Part shown: positions 11,319 through 20,766 of the stretch, piece after piece
Layout: each line of letters opens with the position of its first letter
How positions within the stretch are numbered: the first letter of the stretch is position 1
NCBI GenBank assembly: GCA_945873755.1
Contig: CAMCEM010000002.1
Span: forward strand, 3,915 to 67,914
Length of the DNA stretch: 64,000 nucleotides
From: Chitinophaga pinensis
GTDB lineage: Bacteria; Bacteroidota; Bacteroidia; UKL13-3
Reading direction: 5' to 3'
Notes under the pieces: model-generated
What the model saw: only the letters and a program-made list of their open reading frames with translations
Databases searched by the model: none
Told to the model about the DNA's origin: nothing
Position numbers and translations under genes: made by a program

Positions 11319-11665
11319 TTTTGCTTTGAAGATTTTATAATAGAAATGAGCAGTCTTAAAATTTCTTCAACCTCAGTTTTATACGATTCAAAATCGTTTT
11401 TGTCAATATAGTCAGATTGGTGAAGTAAGTCTAGCCAATATGCTGATTCGTTTGCTTCTTTTAAGGCAATTGATAGTTTATGAATGAAATCTGCCTTACT
11501 TTCAGCATGTTCAGATTCTCTTACCAAAGCCCCAATAGCAGTTCCTGATCTCAATAATTGTTTTGATAGAATAAATTCTCTTTTAGATTCAGTCAAAAAC
11601 TGATAGAGTCTTACAATTCTCAATGAAAATGCAAAACTTTTTATTTTTATAATATTCTCTTTCAT
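11315..11665 (-). CDS. Four helix bundle protein (TIGR02436 / 23S rRNA-IVP / Avd-like)
   Basis: KSFAFSLRIV, QLLRSGTAIGA, ESKADFIHKLSIALKEANESAYWL; ATG at 11665. Confidence 0.9.
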   Translation of the reverse strand: MKENIIKIKSFAFSLRIVRLYQFLTESKREFILSKQLLRSGTAIGALVRESEHAESKADFIHKLSIALKEANESAYWLDLLHQSDYIDKNDFESYKTEVEEILRLLISIIKSSKQK

Positions 11666-11759
11666 AATTATCAATTACCCATTATCAATTACCCATTATC
11701 AATTATCCATTATCAATTATCCATTTTCAATTATCCATTTTCAATTATCCATTTTCCTT
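11666..11759 (-). repeat. 14-bp (2x7) tandem repeat with six units, each containing ATG-G(A/G)T-AAT-TGA
   Basis: Minus-strand ATGs at 11752, 11738, 11724, 11710, 11696 and 11682. Confidence 0.95.
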
Positions 11760-12067
11760 ACAGTAACCGCACCAATGCTGTCATTTTTTGCAGTAGACAT
11801 CAGCAATCCAAAGTGGTCTTCTCGGTCTATTCTATTTAGTTTACAAACTACTTGCTTATTTGAGCCTTCAGGAAGCATGTTGTAAAAAAATGGAAATAGG
11901 TATTTAGAATGAAATTCTTTTTCAATTTTAGGTAAAGTAAGACTGATACTCTGCTTACTGTTATTGGCTATCCATTCATCTTGATAAAGAAATGAAAACG
12001 ATCCATCATCATGTTGGGTCAGGATACCTGCTTCTTCATTCTTGAATAATACTTTGGCTTTTCTCAT
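11741..12067 (-). CDS. HipA N-terminal domain protein (couple_hipA / HipS-like)
   Basis: AGILTQ, FSFLY, ISLTLP, LFPFFYNMLPEG, DSIGAVTV. Confidence 0.88.
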   Translation of the reverse strand: MRKAKVLFKNEEAGILTQHDDGSFSFLYQDEWIANNSKQSISLTLPKIEKEFHSKYLFPFFYNMLPEGSNKQVVCKLNRIDREDHFGLLMSTAKNDSIGAVTVRKMDN

Positions 12068-12282
12068 TTATTAGTCGTTATGTTTTTAATTTTTAAGCAA
12101 ATCTCCATACCCAATACATCAGATATCTTTTGCAAAGTTAACAGTGTTGGATTTCCTTTTCCGCTTTCAAATTGTTTTAGCGTTCTCAATCCAACGTTTG
12201 ATAGTTCTGCTAATCTTTCCTGTGTTACTTGTAGCGCCTCCCTACGTTCTTTTATCGTTTTTATTAATTCGTTAAAGTGCAT
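12064..12282 (-). CDS. XRE-family HTH regulator (HipB-like)
   Basis: VTQERLAELSNVGLRTLKQFESGKGNPTL. Confidence 0.9.
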   Translation of the reverse strand: MHFNELIKTIKERREALQVTQERLAELSNVGLRTLKQFESGKGNPTLLTLQKISDVLGMEICLKIKNITTNK

Positions 12283-12415
12283 TATATGGCATTATTTAGT
12301 GCAAACGTAATATTAAATTTATAAAAAACAACAAAAAGAGCGTTAAACCGCACTATATATTATTTATTTTGATATTAACTAAGTAATCAAAGTAAAAAGT
12401 GCAACTTAAAGCACT
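12276..12415. promoter_or_regulatory. Three AGTGC-N8-GCACT-like operators 61 bp apart, plus a -7 promoter motif (TACGTTTG, minus strand, 12302-12309)
   Basis: 12276-12293 AGTGCATTATATGGCATT; 12337-12354 AGAGCGTTAAACCGCACT; 12398-12415 AGTGCAACTTAAAGCACT. Confidence 0.7.
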
Positions 12416-12454
12416 ATTGTTTATCTGAGAGAGTTTGTCTAGGTTAATGCAGTA

Positions 12455-12592
12455 TTGGTAGTAATGTTTGCAGTTACAAGAAGTTGACGATTTCGGAGAC
12501 GAGAATTGTCTGCTACCACTGAGCTTGATACGAAGCACGAAGTTTATTTAACCACTGAGCCACCAATTTCTTGTAGGTGCTTTTAGTGGCTG
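12455..12592. repeat. attC-like imperfect inverted repeat
   Basis: GCAGTTACAAGAAGTTG (from 12470) pairs with CAATTTCTTGTAGGTGC (to 12580); begins about 10 bp past the stop at 12602. Confidence 0.55.
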
Positions 12593-12601
12593 GGCTAATT
12601 G

Positions 12602-13111
12602 TCATGGTTCAAATAAATTATTTATGATTCTGTCTACAGAAATTTTTGTACGAGGAACATTGTCCGTGCGCAAATAACTTTGAAGTCTATTTTTAATAAT
12701 ATCTGATTTCGGATTGTCAGTTAGTCTTGGGTTTAATTGTTGTAATAGTAGAGATTGATTCAATCTTTCTCCATTTGTCGTGCAGAATATTAGTGCGTCA
12801 AGTGCTACTAAACTAAGAGGTCTACCTTTAGATAACCATTTGTCGGCCCTATCCCAATTGAAAAAGGAAACAGCAGCCAAATGTCCCCAATTAATTCCAA
12901 CGCTTTTAATTCTTTGAGCATTGTTTTCGATCCAGTCTAATGTTTTGTCGGTGCGGATATTATTTAAAGCAAGAATGTAATCGTTTAGATTTCTATCTTC
13001 ACAATGGTCAATTTCAATGGAAATTACTTTAAAAGCTTCGTCTTTGTTTAACCTCTTAGCAATATCCTCGCAACGAAGATGAAAGTCGTCAATTTTTTCT
13101 TGGTTGTTCAT
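12602..13111 (-). CDS. Hypothetical protein (cassette-like); likely start MNNQEK at 13111
   Basis: Open frame; the minus-strand core GTTAGCGGTA (13142-13133) lies just upstream. Confidence 0.7.
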   Translation of the reverse strand: MNNQEKIDDFHLRCEDIAKRLNKDEAFKVISIEIDHCEDRNLNDYILALNNIRTDKTLDWIENNAQRIKSVGINWGHLAAVSFFNWDRADKWLSKGRPLSLVALDALIFCTTNGERLNQSLLLQQLNPRLTDNPKSDIIKNRLQSYLRTDNVPRTKISVDRIINNLFEP

Positions 13112-13410
13112 TATGCTGTTTATCTGTAGCCTTACCGCTAACTTGCATATACCCGCTACTTTATAGCGCATATCCACATAAAATTGATTGGCTTTGCGAA
13201 ACTAGTTGGTGTTTTTTCCTTTTACAATTATATTCATTTATTTAAAAATAATAGTTAATTTATTATTGAACCCCATAAAAGAAACATCACTGTGAGCATC
13301 CACCCGAATGGGATGGTATGGTATGTTCAAAACCATATTCATAAAATAACATTATATGCAACAAAATAATTTTGTCCAGTAAAGTATAGGGCGAACACAT
13401 AGGTTTGACC

Positions 13411-15774
13411 CTATCGACCCAATATTTCAAAATTTACATGTAAACTATTGCCTGTTTCATCGGTAACGGTTAAGGCATGTTTGCCTTGTTTTGGGGCTAA
13501 TTCCATTTGGTGAAAACGTTGTGTTGTGCCAATAAAAGCTTCGTCTAAATACCAAAATATTTTGGTTTGTGCATACTTATGTGCTACTTCAAAAATGGCT
13601 TTACCAGTGTTTCCATCTAGTTGAATTGGTATAAACAACCGGTTCGATTTTTTAGGATAAATTAAATCCATCACAGGTTTATTGCTTTCGTCCACACAAT
13701 CGTTTCTAAAAGGAGGCAATGTTTTGTAATTAGGGTGAGCTGCTTTGTAATAATACTCCACCGAAGGAGGCAACACAAACCAACTTTCGTGTATCATATT
13801 GCTTACACTTTCGCAATTACTGTTTACTCTGTAAGTATTTGTTTTGTCTAAATGCACCAATTCGTGGTAAGGACAAACACCAGTTTTATCATTTTTTTTG
13901 TTAATATAAATGGTATCTACAGGCCAGCAATTAGGGTTGGCTTTGTATCCACTTTGTTGGCAAACAACTGCTTTTTTCATTTCATCGTAAGGCGGATTGA
14001 ACCAAGTGGTGCGGGGTAAAATTTTAAAAATGTCGAACATAATAGGCGCTGCAGCTTGCACCCCAATTAATCCTGGTTTTCCTTGTCCATCGGCATTGCC
14101 AACCCACACACCTACTACATATTCGGGCGTAACACCTATGCTCCAAGCATCTCTAAATCCAAAACTTGTTCCTGTTTTCCAAGCTATTTTTCGGCTACTT
14201 TCAAACTGTTGCCAAAGGGCTTCATCGCCCGGGCGCATGGCTTCGTCCATGGCTTCAAAAGTTTGGAAAATACTTGCAGCATTCATTTTGCCAAAAGTGG
14301 GCAATTCCATAAAAGGTTTAATACTCATTGCTTGGTAATTGTAGCGCGCATTGAACCAATTTTCATTGTTATATCTGCCATTGTTTGTAGCAAAATTATT
14401 TAACAACCTTGCCATATTTGCATACAACGAGGTGAGTTCATACATATTATTTTCGCCCCCACCTAAAATTAATGCCAATCCATAATGTGGCGATGGTTGG
14501 GTTAGAGTAGTAATACCAAGCATTTTTAAGCGTTCATAAAATCGTTGGTATTTATATGCATTTAACATGCGAATGGCAGGTACATTTAGCGAGCGCGAAA
14601 GTGCTTTATTAGCATGCACCGCACCACTGTAACCTAAATCGAAATTTTGAGGCGAATAGCCAGCTACTTGGGTTGGAATATCGTTTATTAAAGTGGTTGG
14701 TAATATCATTCCATCTTCCAACATGGCTTCATATAAAAAAGGTTTCAAAATACTACCCGGACTGCGAGGCGCTTGAATTATATCTACATAATTGTCAAAA
14801 GTATTTTCCTTGGGTTTATAAATATTTCCAATGTACGATTTTATTGTTCCACTTGAAACATGAATTACAATTGCACAAGCATTGTTAATTCCATTTGCAC
14901 TTAGTTGTTTGTTATGTAAAAACAAAATTTGATTGACTTGCTTTTGCCAGTATCCATTTATAGCAGTTTTTATGGCTTTATTTTTTACACTTTGTTTTTT
15001 ATTTTGCTTAGCAATAAATTGTATTAAGTGTGGAGCATCTTGCGCTAACTGTATAGGTTTATCGGGTATAGGCTCTAATTTGGCTAGTTTATTGGTTTCT
15101 GAATCAATTATTTTTTCGGCTAATAATTGGTCTAATAAAAGATTGCGTTTTTTTAAAAGCCAACTTCGGTTTTTTGAAGGATGAATAATTGATGGTGCAT
15201 TGGGTAAAATTGCTAAACTAGCCGACTCTGCCCACGAAAGTAAATAAGATGGTCTGCTAAAGTAACGCCAACTTGCCGCTTCTAACCCCACCACATTGCC
15301 GCCAAAAGGCGCATGAGCAGCATATAAATTAATGATTTCGTTTTTAGAAAAACCACATTCTATTCTAACTGAAAGCAGCATTTCATATATTTTATTCCAA
15401 ATATTTCTTTTGCTTTTATTGGCCATTCGCGCCACTTGCATGGTAATTGTACTAGCACCACTAATGGTTTTTTGTTTGGTAAAATTTAGTTTAATGGCTC
15501 GCGCCAATGCTAAAAAATCTATACCAAAATGGTAGTGATACCGTTTGTCTTCGTAGGTTATAAGGCAAGTTTTAAATTTTTCGGGAACTGAATCAGCTTG
15601 CGGAAAACGCCATTGTCCATCGTTGGCTATTTGCGCTTGGAGTAAATTATTTTTTTCATCAAAAAGCACCAAACTATAATCGGCTTTAAACAAAGGTTTG
15701 GGCAACATAAAATAAAAACCAGTAGCTGCCAAAGCCAATATTAGTTTGTATTTATGTTTGCGTATATATTGCAT
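13411..15774 (-). CDS. pbpC: Penicillin-binding protein 1C
   Basis: EDKRY, GASTITMQVAR, SILK (SxxK), SLN, KTGTS, C-terminal PBP1C domain. Confidence 0.93.
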   Translation of the reverse strand: MQYIRKHKYKLILALAATGFYFMLPKPLFKADYSLVLFDEKNNLLQAQIANDGQWRFPQADSVPEKFKTCLITYEDKRYHYHFGIDFLALARAIKLNFTKQKTISGASTITMQVARMANKSKRNIWNKIYEMLLSVRIECGFSKNEIINLYAAHAPFGGNVVGLEAASWRYFSRPSYLLSWAESASLAILPNAPSIIHPSKNRSWLLKKRNLLLDQLLAEKIIDSETNKLAKLEPIPDKPIQLAQDAPHLIQFIAKQNKKQSVKNKAIKTAINGYWQKQVNQILFLHNKQLSANGINNACAIVIHVSSGTIKSYIGNIYKPKENTFDNYVDIIQAPRSPGSILKPFLYEAMLEDGMILPTTLINDIPTQVAGYSPQNFDLGYSGAVHANKALSRSLNVPAIRMLNAYKYQRFYERLKMLGITTLTQPSPHYGLALILGGGENNMYELTSLYANMARLLNNFATNNGRYNNENWFNARYNYQAMSIKPFMELPTFGKMNAASIFQTFEAMDEAMRPGDEALWQQFESSRKIAWKTGTSFGFRDAWSIGVTPEYVVGVWVGNADGQGKPGLIGVQAAAPIMFDIFKILPRTTWFNPPYDEMKKAVVCQQSGYKANPNCWPVDTIYINKKNDKTGVCPYHELVHLDKTNTYRVNSNCESVSNMIHESWFVLPPSVEYYYKAAHPNYKTLPPFRNDCVDESNKPVMDLIYPKKSNRLFIPIQLDGNTGKAIFEVAHKYAQTKIFWYLDEAFIGTTQRFHQMELAPKQGKHALTVTDETGNSLHVNFEILGR

Positions 15775-15889
15775 TTGAACAAATAAAGAGGATTTTTTAA
15801 TTTGAAACTAACTTTTAAAAAATAAAAGTACATTAAAATTAAAAAGTACTTTTAGGATTATTTTTTTAATTTTATTTTATATTTGAATT

Positions 15890-16138
15890 ATGATAATTAG
15901 AACAATTGAAATTGATACTGAGGAACACGCGAACATTTTTGACAAGAATGTTGCTACTTTGTTGTTTGCTAAATTAATAGATAATAATTTAAAAATAACT
16001 TTCCGAGATTTAGCTTTAGGAATAGGAAGACCCTTAACTGATAAAGAATGGGATGAATACTTTGAATTAAATCCAAATGATTTAGCACCTATAAATGAAA
16101 ATGATGCTAAAACATTTTTGAAAAACAAATTGGCTTAA
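15890..16138 (+). CDS. Orphan putative antitoxin, paralogue of 50637..50888
   Basis: Shares TIEIDT.E and (L/I)A(L/F)GIGR...D.E; TATATTTG promoter at 15878-15885. Confidence 0.6.
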   Translation: MIIRTIEIDTEEHANIFDKNVATLLFAKLIDNNLKITFRDLALGIGRPLTDKEWDEYFELNPNDLAPINENDAKTFLKNKLA

Positions 16139-16190
16139 ATGGAGGTTTTGTATAAGTAAAATGCTTTAGAAACACTATATTAAATTGCTT
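16139..16190 (+). pseudogene. Remnant 5' end of a RelE/ParE-like toxin
   Basis: MEVLYK*NALETLY* directly after the antitoxin stop; resembles MKLIFKEPALKTL at 50640. Confidence 0.4.
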
Positions 16191-16256
16191 TGGGTACAAT
16201 TTTTAAATAACTAAATTTAATCAAATATCTGCCATCAAAAATCACCAATTACACTG

Positions 16257-17225
16257 CTAATTTTTTAAGAATTTTATTGTTTCAATTGTTCCACTTTTAT
16301 GTAAGAGTTTAACAAAATAAATTCCATTGTTTAAGCCCGAAATATCAATAATTTCTTTGGTATCATTTAATTCAATTACTAGTTGTCCTAAGTAATTGTA
16401 AATGCTCACCGATTGGTATTTTGTATTTTCGACATTTTCTATTTTTATGAAATTATGCGCGGGATTAGGATATATTTTAGATTGATGCCAAGTTTTGTTT
16501 TGGGTAATGTTTTTTACAAAAGTTTTTGCAAAATTACATTCAGCTGCATATGAATTGAAAAAATTAATATTTCCTCTTAAACTATCGCTATAACATACAA
16601 GACTTTCATACGTTTGTCCACCTGCAGTTCGAAATGCAACACATTTTAATGGATTTATTTGAGGAAAAGGACTGGTAGTTGAGCCAATGTTTTTAACAAT
16701 GTTACCAATATAAAACTTTTTATTGAACGAAGTACTGATGCAATCAAAAATTAAATTGCTAAAAGTATCTTGATACAATTGAGTTATGTTGATGGTGTCA
16801 ACCTTTGGGTAAGTAGAGTCTGAACTACAAATTTGCCATGTGTTGCCAATTATAAATTCATCGTTTGGTTTAGCATTAAATGAATAGATAAACAAAAAGG
16901 TTTTGTTAATTTTATCGAACCAAAAAATACTGTCGTTCGATTTGAAAACAAATTCAGATTCCATGCTGCTTTTACTATAACCAATCTCAGTTCCACCCGG
17001 GCCAAAAATTCTGATAAAATCAACCGATAATTTTTTAGCAAGTTTTCCGTCAATTAAAGTGTCTTTTTCATAATTGTATTGTCTATAATACGACTCAGTG
17101 GCTGTAATCATTGTATACAACCAACTTGCTCCAGGTGGGCACCAAGGCATGGTGTCTTTTACTATTTGCGATTTTGCTTGAAAAACCATGGCAAACAAAA
17201 TAAAGACAAGTATTATTTTTTTCAT
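16257..17225 (-). CDS. T9SS type A sorting-domain secreted protein
   Basis: Signal peptide; C-terminal IYPNPA...IYNYLGQ...GIYFVK...KFLK. Confidence 0.85.
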   Translation of the reverse strand: MKKIILVFILFAMVFQAKSQIVKDTMPWCPPGASWLYTMITATESYYRQYNYEKDTLIDGKLAKKLSVDFIRIFGPGGTEIGYSKSSMESEFVFKSNDSIFWFDKINKTFLFIYSFNAKPNDEFIIGNTWQICSSDSTYPKVDTINITQLYQDTFSNLIFDCISTSFNKKFYIGNIVKNIGSTTSPFPQINPLKCVAFRTAGGQTYESLVCYSDSLRGNINFFNSYAAECNFAKTFVKNITQNKTWHQSKIYPNPAHNFIKIENVENTKYQSVSIYNYLGQLVIELNDTKEIIDISGLNNGIYFVKLLHKSGTIETIKFLKN

Positions 17226-17349
17226 ATTATTAGTTTTTGTTTTTGTGATAACTTAAAAATAATTATTATTCATTTATTTTGATATGATACATTTATGTAA
17301 AAATTGAATAGCGTTTTAAAATCAATTTTAATTGGCTAAAATTCCTATC

Positions 17350-18126
17350 CTACCAAACTATTTTTTCCTTATTTAAAAATGCATTGATTCCGCTTTTGCA
17401 ATCGTTTGATTGGCGAGCAAATGCATTCATTTCAGCTGCGTAATTTAATGCTTCAGTTAAGGTTTTATTTTGTACTTCATTTATCATTTGTTTGGTTAAT
17501 GCCAAACTTTGACCAGAGGCACTAATGCAAAGTTTTTGAGCAAAATTAAATACATATTCTTCTATTTCTTCATCAACTATTACTTCATTAATTAGTTGTA
17601 AATTTTTAGCTTGTTCGGCATTTAACATTTCGGCAGTAAGTAAAATACGTTTGGCCGTTTGTTCTCCTACTTTTCTTATTAAAAATACCATAACAATTGC
17701 AGGTACAAATCCAATTTTTACTTCGGTATAAGCAAATTTACTTTGTATAGTTGCAAAACAAAAATCGCATACAGTTGCTAAACCACAACCTCCTGCCAAA
17801 GCTGCACCTTCTACTTGCGCTATTACTACTTTTTTTGATTGATAAATTAATAGAAACAATTCCATTAAGTTTTTGCTATCAGCCAAGTTTTCATCAAAAG
17901 TATTGTTTTGCATAGTTTGCAAACTAGCTAAGTCAGCACCACTACAAAAAGCTTCGCCATTGCCTTTAATTACTATTACTTTGCAGCTTTCGTCATTCTC
18001 GGCTTCTAAAAAAACTTGCTTTATTTGTTGCACAAAATCAAAACTTAAAGCATTGCGTTTTTCTGGACGGTTTAAAGTTATGTAGCCTACCCTATTATTT
18101 ACATTATATAAAACTAAATCGTTCAT
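17350..18126 (-). CDS. Enoyl-CoA hydratase/isomerase (methylglutaconyl-CoA hydratase-like)
   Basis: TLNRPEKRNAL, FCSGADL, GAALAGGCGL, EVKIGFVP. Confidence 0.9.
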   Translation of the reverse strand: MNDLVLYNVNNRVGYITLNRPEKRNALSFDFVQQIKQVFLEAENDESCKVIVIKGNGEAFCSGADLASLQTMQNNTFDENLADSKNLMELFLLIYQSKKVVIAQVEGAALAGGCGLATVCDFCFATIQSKFAYTEVKIGFVPAIVMVFLIRKVGEQTAKRILLTAEMLNAEQAKNLQLINEVIVDEEIEEYVFNFAQKLCISASGQSLALTKQMINEVQNKTLTEALNYAAEMNAFARQSNDCKSGINAFLNKEKIVW

Positions 18127-18138
18127 TTATTATATTAT

Positions 18139-20199
18139 TTATTGTTCAATATTAAGGGTTATTGCACCATTTTCAAGTACGTTATTTACTAAAATTTTAT
18201 TTTTATTTAAAAAATTTACAAGTCCATTACTTTGTTTTTTAGTTAACTTGGAGCTAATAATTATAGGTGTTTCAATCGATTTTAAAACAGAAGAATCCAA
18301 ATAAGTATAGCCTGTAATTATATTGGTATGGTTTGGTAAAATAGTGTTGCCAATATTGTATTTAACTGAATTTATTTCTACTTGTAAATTATTATTAAAC
18401 GGAATGGTATCAATGTGTTTTATTCCACTTGCCCAAATATGTTGTTGTAAATGAAAATGAAATTTATCTTCATTATTCAACAAAGAAGTATCGGCTATTA
18501 ATGTGCTTTTGATACCATCAACTATTTGCATTGCAAAAGTTTGTTTTATATTATAAATGGTTATAAATTTTTGGTTGCTATTTTTATATTTTTCAACGCC
18601 ACTTACTAAAAAAACCAGTAGAAAAAAAACCAAAGCATATTTAAAATAATATTGTTTTCTATCAATGAAATAATAGGTAATTGAACAAACTGCTATAAAA
18701 ATAAAAATGGTTTCCAATTCACTTATTTGAATTCCTGTAATGTACGAAAATGGAAGTTTTTCGAGCCAAACAACAATAATATTGGTTATATGGATTAGCC
18801 ATTTTACAATAAAACCTAAAAGCACCGCAACAGAATTTAAAAACAATATTCCTTTTGCCAAAGCTGCAAAAAAAATCATACCAATGGCAGCAAATATTAT
18901 AAAAGTAGTAAGTGGAATAATTAATAAATTAGATGCTATAAAATAAATTGGAAACTGATGAAAATATAAAAATCCGAGTGGAAAAGTGACCAATTGCGCA
19001 GCTATAGAAACAGATATAATATTCCATATTTCATTACCAACATAGGAGTTAAATACAACCCATTTTTTAATATATTTTTGAATACTTACAATGCCTAATA
19101 CAGCCAAAAAACTTAACTGAAAACCTACCATTGAAAGCATATTGCTATCATAAATAAGTAAAGCAAATGCCGAAGCGGCCAAAGTATTAAATATATTTGG
19201 TTTTTTGTTTTGAATACTGCCTATCGCAACAAAGCTAAACATTACACTTGCCCTTAAAATAGAAGGCGATAAGCCACATAAAATAGAATACGACCAAATT
19301 ATAAATAAAGAGATAATTGCTTTAATTATTTTTTGATTTTTCTTTTTATCAAGGTGTTTTAGAATTAAATTAATTATCCAAAAAATTAACCCAACATGCA
19401 TACCACTTACAGCTAAAACATGCAGTGTCCCTGTATTTGAATATGCTTTAATTAATTCAGGATCTATGTCGTCATCATACCCATAAAGCAATGCTTTTGA
19501 AATGGCAATTTCAGAACTTGATTTTACATATTTTAATAAAGTAGTATTAAAAAAAGCTTGAGCTTGGTAAGCAATTTGTTGAATAAAATTTCCGCCTTTT
19601 TGTTCTAAAATTATAAAGTTATTAGTATTTAAATATGCTTGTCTGTATATTTGGTTAAAAGCCAAATATCGTTTGTAATTAAATTCGAAAGGATTTTGAG
19701 GTCCACTTATTTCTGTTACGTTGTTCTTAATTAATAACCTTGTTCCGTAAGTAAGTTTAGTAAGTAAAGAGGTATCTTTTTCGAAATATAAAACTAAATA
19801 ACCATCTACTTCATTGGGTTGTTGTTCATTAATAGTTTGTAAAACAGAAACTTTACATTTTATGGAGTTTTGCTTTAATTGGCTTGGTTCTTCTAATTCT
19901 ACTACTAAATAATCTGCCTCAAAATTGGTAAAATGATTGCTATAATTTAAATGATTGTGACAATTGTTTAAAAGAACCCCGCTAAAAAAGAAAAAAAGAT
20001 TGAAAAAAATACCAAATATAAAATCGTAAAAAGCTAGCCTATAAAAGTACCAAATTAAACATAAACATATAAAACTTGTGGCACTTAAAACTAACGACAA
20101 ACCAATAGATAAAGGAAAAAACATATTAATTCCTATACCAATAGTTATTGGAATAATAATTCTTACAAAAGGTATTTGATGCCAATAACCTGCAAACAT
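18139..20199 (-). CDS. comEC: ComEC/Rec2 competence protein
   Basis: HVLAVSGMHVG, PSILRA, GFQLSF; multiple TM segments. Confidence 0.9.
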   Translation of the reverse strand: MFAGYWHQIPFVRIIIPITIGIGINMFFPLSIGLSLVLSATSFICLCLIWYFYRLAFYDFIFGIFFNLFFFFSGVLLNNCHNHLNYSNHFTNFEADYLVVELEEPSQLKQNSIKCKVSVLQTINEQQPNEVDGYLVLYFEKDTSLLTKLTYGTRLLIKNNVTEISGPQNPFEFNYKRYLAFNQIYRQAYLNTNNFIILEQKGGNFIQQIAYQAQAFFNTTLLKYVKSSSEIAISKALLYGYDDDIDPELIKAYSNTGTLHVLAVSGMHVGLIFWIINLILKHLDKKKNQKIIKAIISLFIIWSYSILCGLSPSILRASVMFSFVAIGSIQNKKPNIFNTLAASAFALLIYDSNMLSMVGFQLSFLAVLGIVSIQKYIKKWVVFNSYVGNEIWNIISVSIAAQLVTFPLGFLYFHQFPIYFIASNLLIIPLTTFIIFAAIGMIFFAALAKGILFLNSVAVLLGFIVKWLIHITNIIVVWLEKLPFSYITGIQISELETIFIFIAVCSITYYFIDRKQYYFKYALVFFLLVFLVSGVEKYKNSNQKFITIYNIKQTFAMQIVDGIKSTLIADTSLLNNEDKFHFHLQQHIWASGIKHIDTIPFNNNLQVEINSVKYNIGNTILPNHTNIITGYTYLDSSVLKSIETPIIISSKLTKKQSNGLVNFLNKNKILVNNVLENGAITLNIEQ

Positions 20200-20305
20200 T
20201 AAAACAAATAAAAATAAAAATTTGATTACATAAGTTAAAAAAAATGAAATATTAAAACAAAAAATTGTAACAATTGTCTTATAATTGTAAAAATAAAAAT
20301 AAAAA

Positions 20306-20764
20306 ATGGCATACAGTTACATATTAATCATTCATAGTTGGCTTAGATGGGCTTTTTTAATTGCTGCTTTATACGCAATTTTTCGTTCTTTAAATGGAAA
20401 AATGGGCAATAGACCTTTTGGTAAACAAGATATTACAGCTGCCAAACTATTAATTGCATTGACACATACCATGTTGTTACTTGGAATTATTTTATGGTTT
20501 ACTAGTCCTAATATTCAAGGTGCATTATTACAAGGTGCAAAAGTTTTTATGAAAGATGAATATTTAAGATTAATAGTTATAGAACATCCTATCACTAATA
20601 TTTTAGCAGTTATTATTATACAAATTGGAAGAATTAAAAGTAAAAAGGCATACGAAGATTCTGCTAAACATTCTCGCAGTTTAATTTATTATTCAATCGG
20701 ATTAATTTTAATTGTTTCAAGAATTCCTTGGGGCGAATCGCCTTTATTAAGAGGAATAGAATAA
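20306..20764 (+). CDS. Conserved membrane protein (cytochrome b-like annotation family)
   Basis: HSWLRW, H..LLLG, EHP, IPW; four TM segments. Confidence 0.7.
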   Translation: MAYSYILIIHSWLRWAFLIAALYAIFRSLNGKMGNRPFGKQDITAAKLLIALTHTMLLLGIILWFTSPNIQGALLQGAKVFMKDEYLRLIVIEHPITNILAVIIIQIGRIKSKKAYEDSAKHSRSLIYYSIGLILIVSRIPWGESPLLRGIE

Positions 20765-20766
20765 TA

